The notes beneath the pieces are model-generated. The model was given only the letters and a program-made list of their open reading frames with translations, made no database searches and was not told where the DNA came from. A DNA stretch of 64,000 nucleotides from Heterodontus francisci (taxonomy: Eukaryota). Both the position numbers and the translations under genes were made by a program. Positions 62,170 to 64,000 of the stretch are shown piece after piece (within the stretch, counting starts at the first letter, position 1; the number at the start of each line of letters is the position of its first letter). Location of the stretch: contig NC_090413.1 in NCBI RefSeq assembly GCF_036365525.1, forward strand, positions 13,376,151 to 13,440,150. The letters are read 5' to 3'.

Positions 62170-62800
62170 TTTAATCAGTGTTAAAGACAAAGTTGGAACA
62201 TTACTGCTGCCAAGGACACCCCCAAAGAAATACTTAGACATAACTGGGTACTCGGACATTGTTAGAACCTCCAAAACAAAACCATAAGGCTAAAAGGATC
62301 GGGAGATAAAGAGGAGTCAGTGACAACATCACACCATTTATGGATTTTTAAAGGTCTATAGAAAGATGGAGACATAAGGAGTGCTACAGTTTTCGGGTCC
62401 TGATAAAAAGAACTGTTAGATTAGGAGATGGTGCATTAAGGTTCGATTTCATCAGTGAGGCTATAACAAAGAACGAGGTTAAGGAGTTAGGGAAGATCAC
62501 TGAGCCAAGAAAAGTTTTTTTTCCTAAATCACACTTAGAAATGCTTGCCCAGATGAAACAATAATCAAGTATTGGACAGACATAGGCTTCCTAGAGAGTT
62601 GAAGTGTTTGGCATAAAGAAGGAACTGTGCTTTGTGAAAGCAACTACTGAAATAGAGATGTGGAAGTCCCCACACAGGCAGCATGTTAACAGTTATCTAT
62701 AACCAATAGTAACTACTGGTCAGATATGGAGAAATGGTGTTTAAAAGAAAGTGCTTGGAATTGATTTGAACACCATTTTTACAGATGTAGTTAAGAAGAA
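62170..62800 (+). mobile_element. Possible very old CR1 ORF2 internal remnants
   Basis: Faint patterns only (tataacaaagaacgaggttaaggag, gaaagcaactactgaaatag, aattgatttgaacaccatttt). Confidence 0.3.
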
Positions 62801-64000
62801 AGATGTGCTGTTTAATTCTCTTGCCTGTAAAAGTCCAAACAGCATTCATCCAAACAGTGAAAAGCAGGTGACTGTATTTTCTTCACCAGAAAGAGTTGTA
62901 GGCCTTTGTTCTTAGGTAATCTGGTTAATTAGGCTGCCGTACCAGATTCTGTTTTGCTACTGTTATTGGGGTAAGCTGTACTAGCCATTTCATTCTGAAT
63001 CAGAAACTTATTAGATGAATTTCATTATTGCACAATATCAAACTCAAACACAGTTTTGTTGTGTTTATGTATTTCAGTTGACTGCTAGGCGTGAAAGGTC
63101 TTGTGGATTCTCTGATGGTTGCAAAGATATTCCACTGTATTTTTATCTGGCAATATATTTAAAACCTCTTTGCTTTCTTTCTTCAAATAAATGGATAAAA
63201 GTATCTCCAGTTCTTGCCAGATTCTAAAGACAGGCTCTGTGACGTGTCAAGCACATTTTACTTAAAATTCCCAACCAAAGGGATACAGCTTGGAACACTT
63301 TGTTGCCAAGGAGCACAAAAACTGTGTCAATTCTCAGTACTTTGTTTTATTGCAAGTGACTATTCCTTTGTCGCCACTGAAAATGGGCTTGTGACAGTTC
63401 TTATGAACTTTAAATACAAGTTGCCTTGTATTAATTTAATTCTCTTCATTTTATAACTATTTTATATTGAAAATAAATCTGATTAGTTGTTTAAACCCGT
63501 GGGATTTTGATCCCTCTAATATTTTCCATCTATCAGGTGTTTTAACGAGCACAACACAAAACTATGTTTGATTCAGTGGCAGTACCACATTAGGGATGAC
63601 ACCCTTGCGCTACTGCACAGAGTTTACAGCACAGAGGCAGGCCATTCAGCCCAGTTGGCCTCTACTGGTGTTTATCGCCATGTGAGACTCCTCCCACTAT
63701 AGGGGCAAAATTGATAACAGTAGGCATGAGGGCTGAGATTCGTGCTCAGAAACTGGTAGGCCCCTGAATGGGATAACACTGCATAAGAGTCAAAACTGCA
63801 ACATATGACAAACACATCCAAACCCCAGAGAACCTAGAGGTAAGAAATGACATTCAAAGTGCTATAAATGCAAGTATTTCTGCACTACAAAAGAAATCCA
63901 GCAAAGTGGGATGAGCGAGCATAAATTTAAAACTCAAAGGATGCAAAATGTTTGGAATGATCTGCCACATTCACAATATATTTAAGTGCCATGAGTTAAG

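Overview
This window is repeat-dense vertebrate DNA, almost certainly from a cartilaginous fish (shark). That call rests on HE1-type V-SINEs, a SacSINE1-like Deu-domain SINE and abundant HER1/CR1 LINEs. I found no recognisable host protein-coding exon, RNA gene or CRISPR array; every long ORF belongs to a decayed retroelement, so the window looks like a large intron or intergenic region. Main contents: (1) a near full-length decayed RTE-clade LINE (264-8189) inserted in an older CR1 and carrying two younger CR1 insertions; (2) two Gmr1-like Gypsy LTR retrotransposons with SCAN-like gag, integrase directly after protease and 4-bp TSDs, both lacking reverse transcriptase. One (20069-24024) has an inverted integrase segment; the other (40884-45829) is a two-LTR deletion derivative with a solo LTR of the same family at 26457-27355; (3) many CR1, L2, SINE and MITE-like fragments plus tandem repeats; (4) several TE-poor islands that may be regulatory, one containing a candidate short first coding exon. 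I found no convincing new biological system. The best leads are the RT-less/rearranged Gmr1 elements, an RT-deleted CR1, a pseudoknot in the RTE 5' UTR and the candidate exon. Coordinates without a stated TSD are approximate, read by eye.
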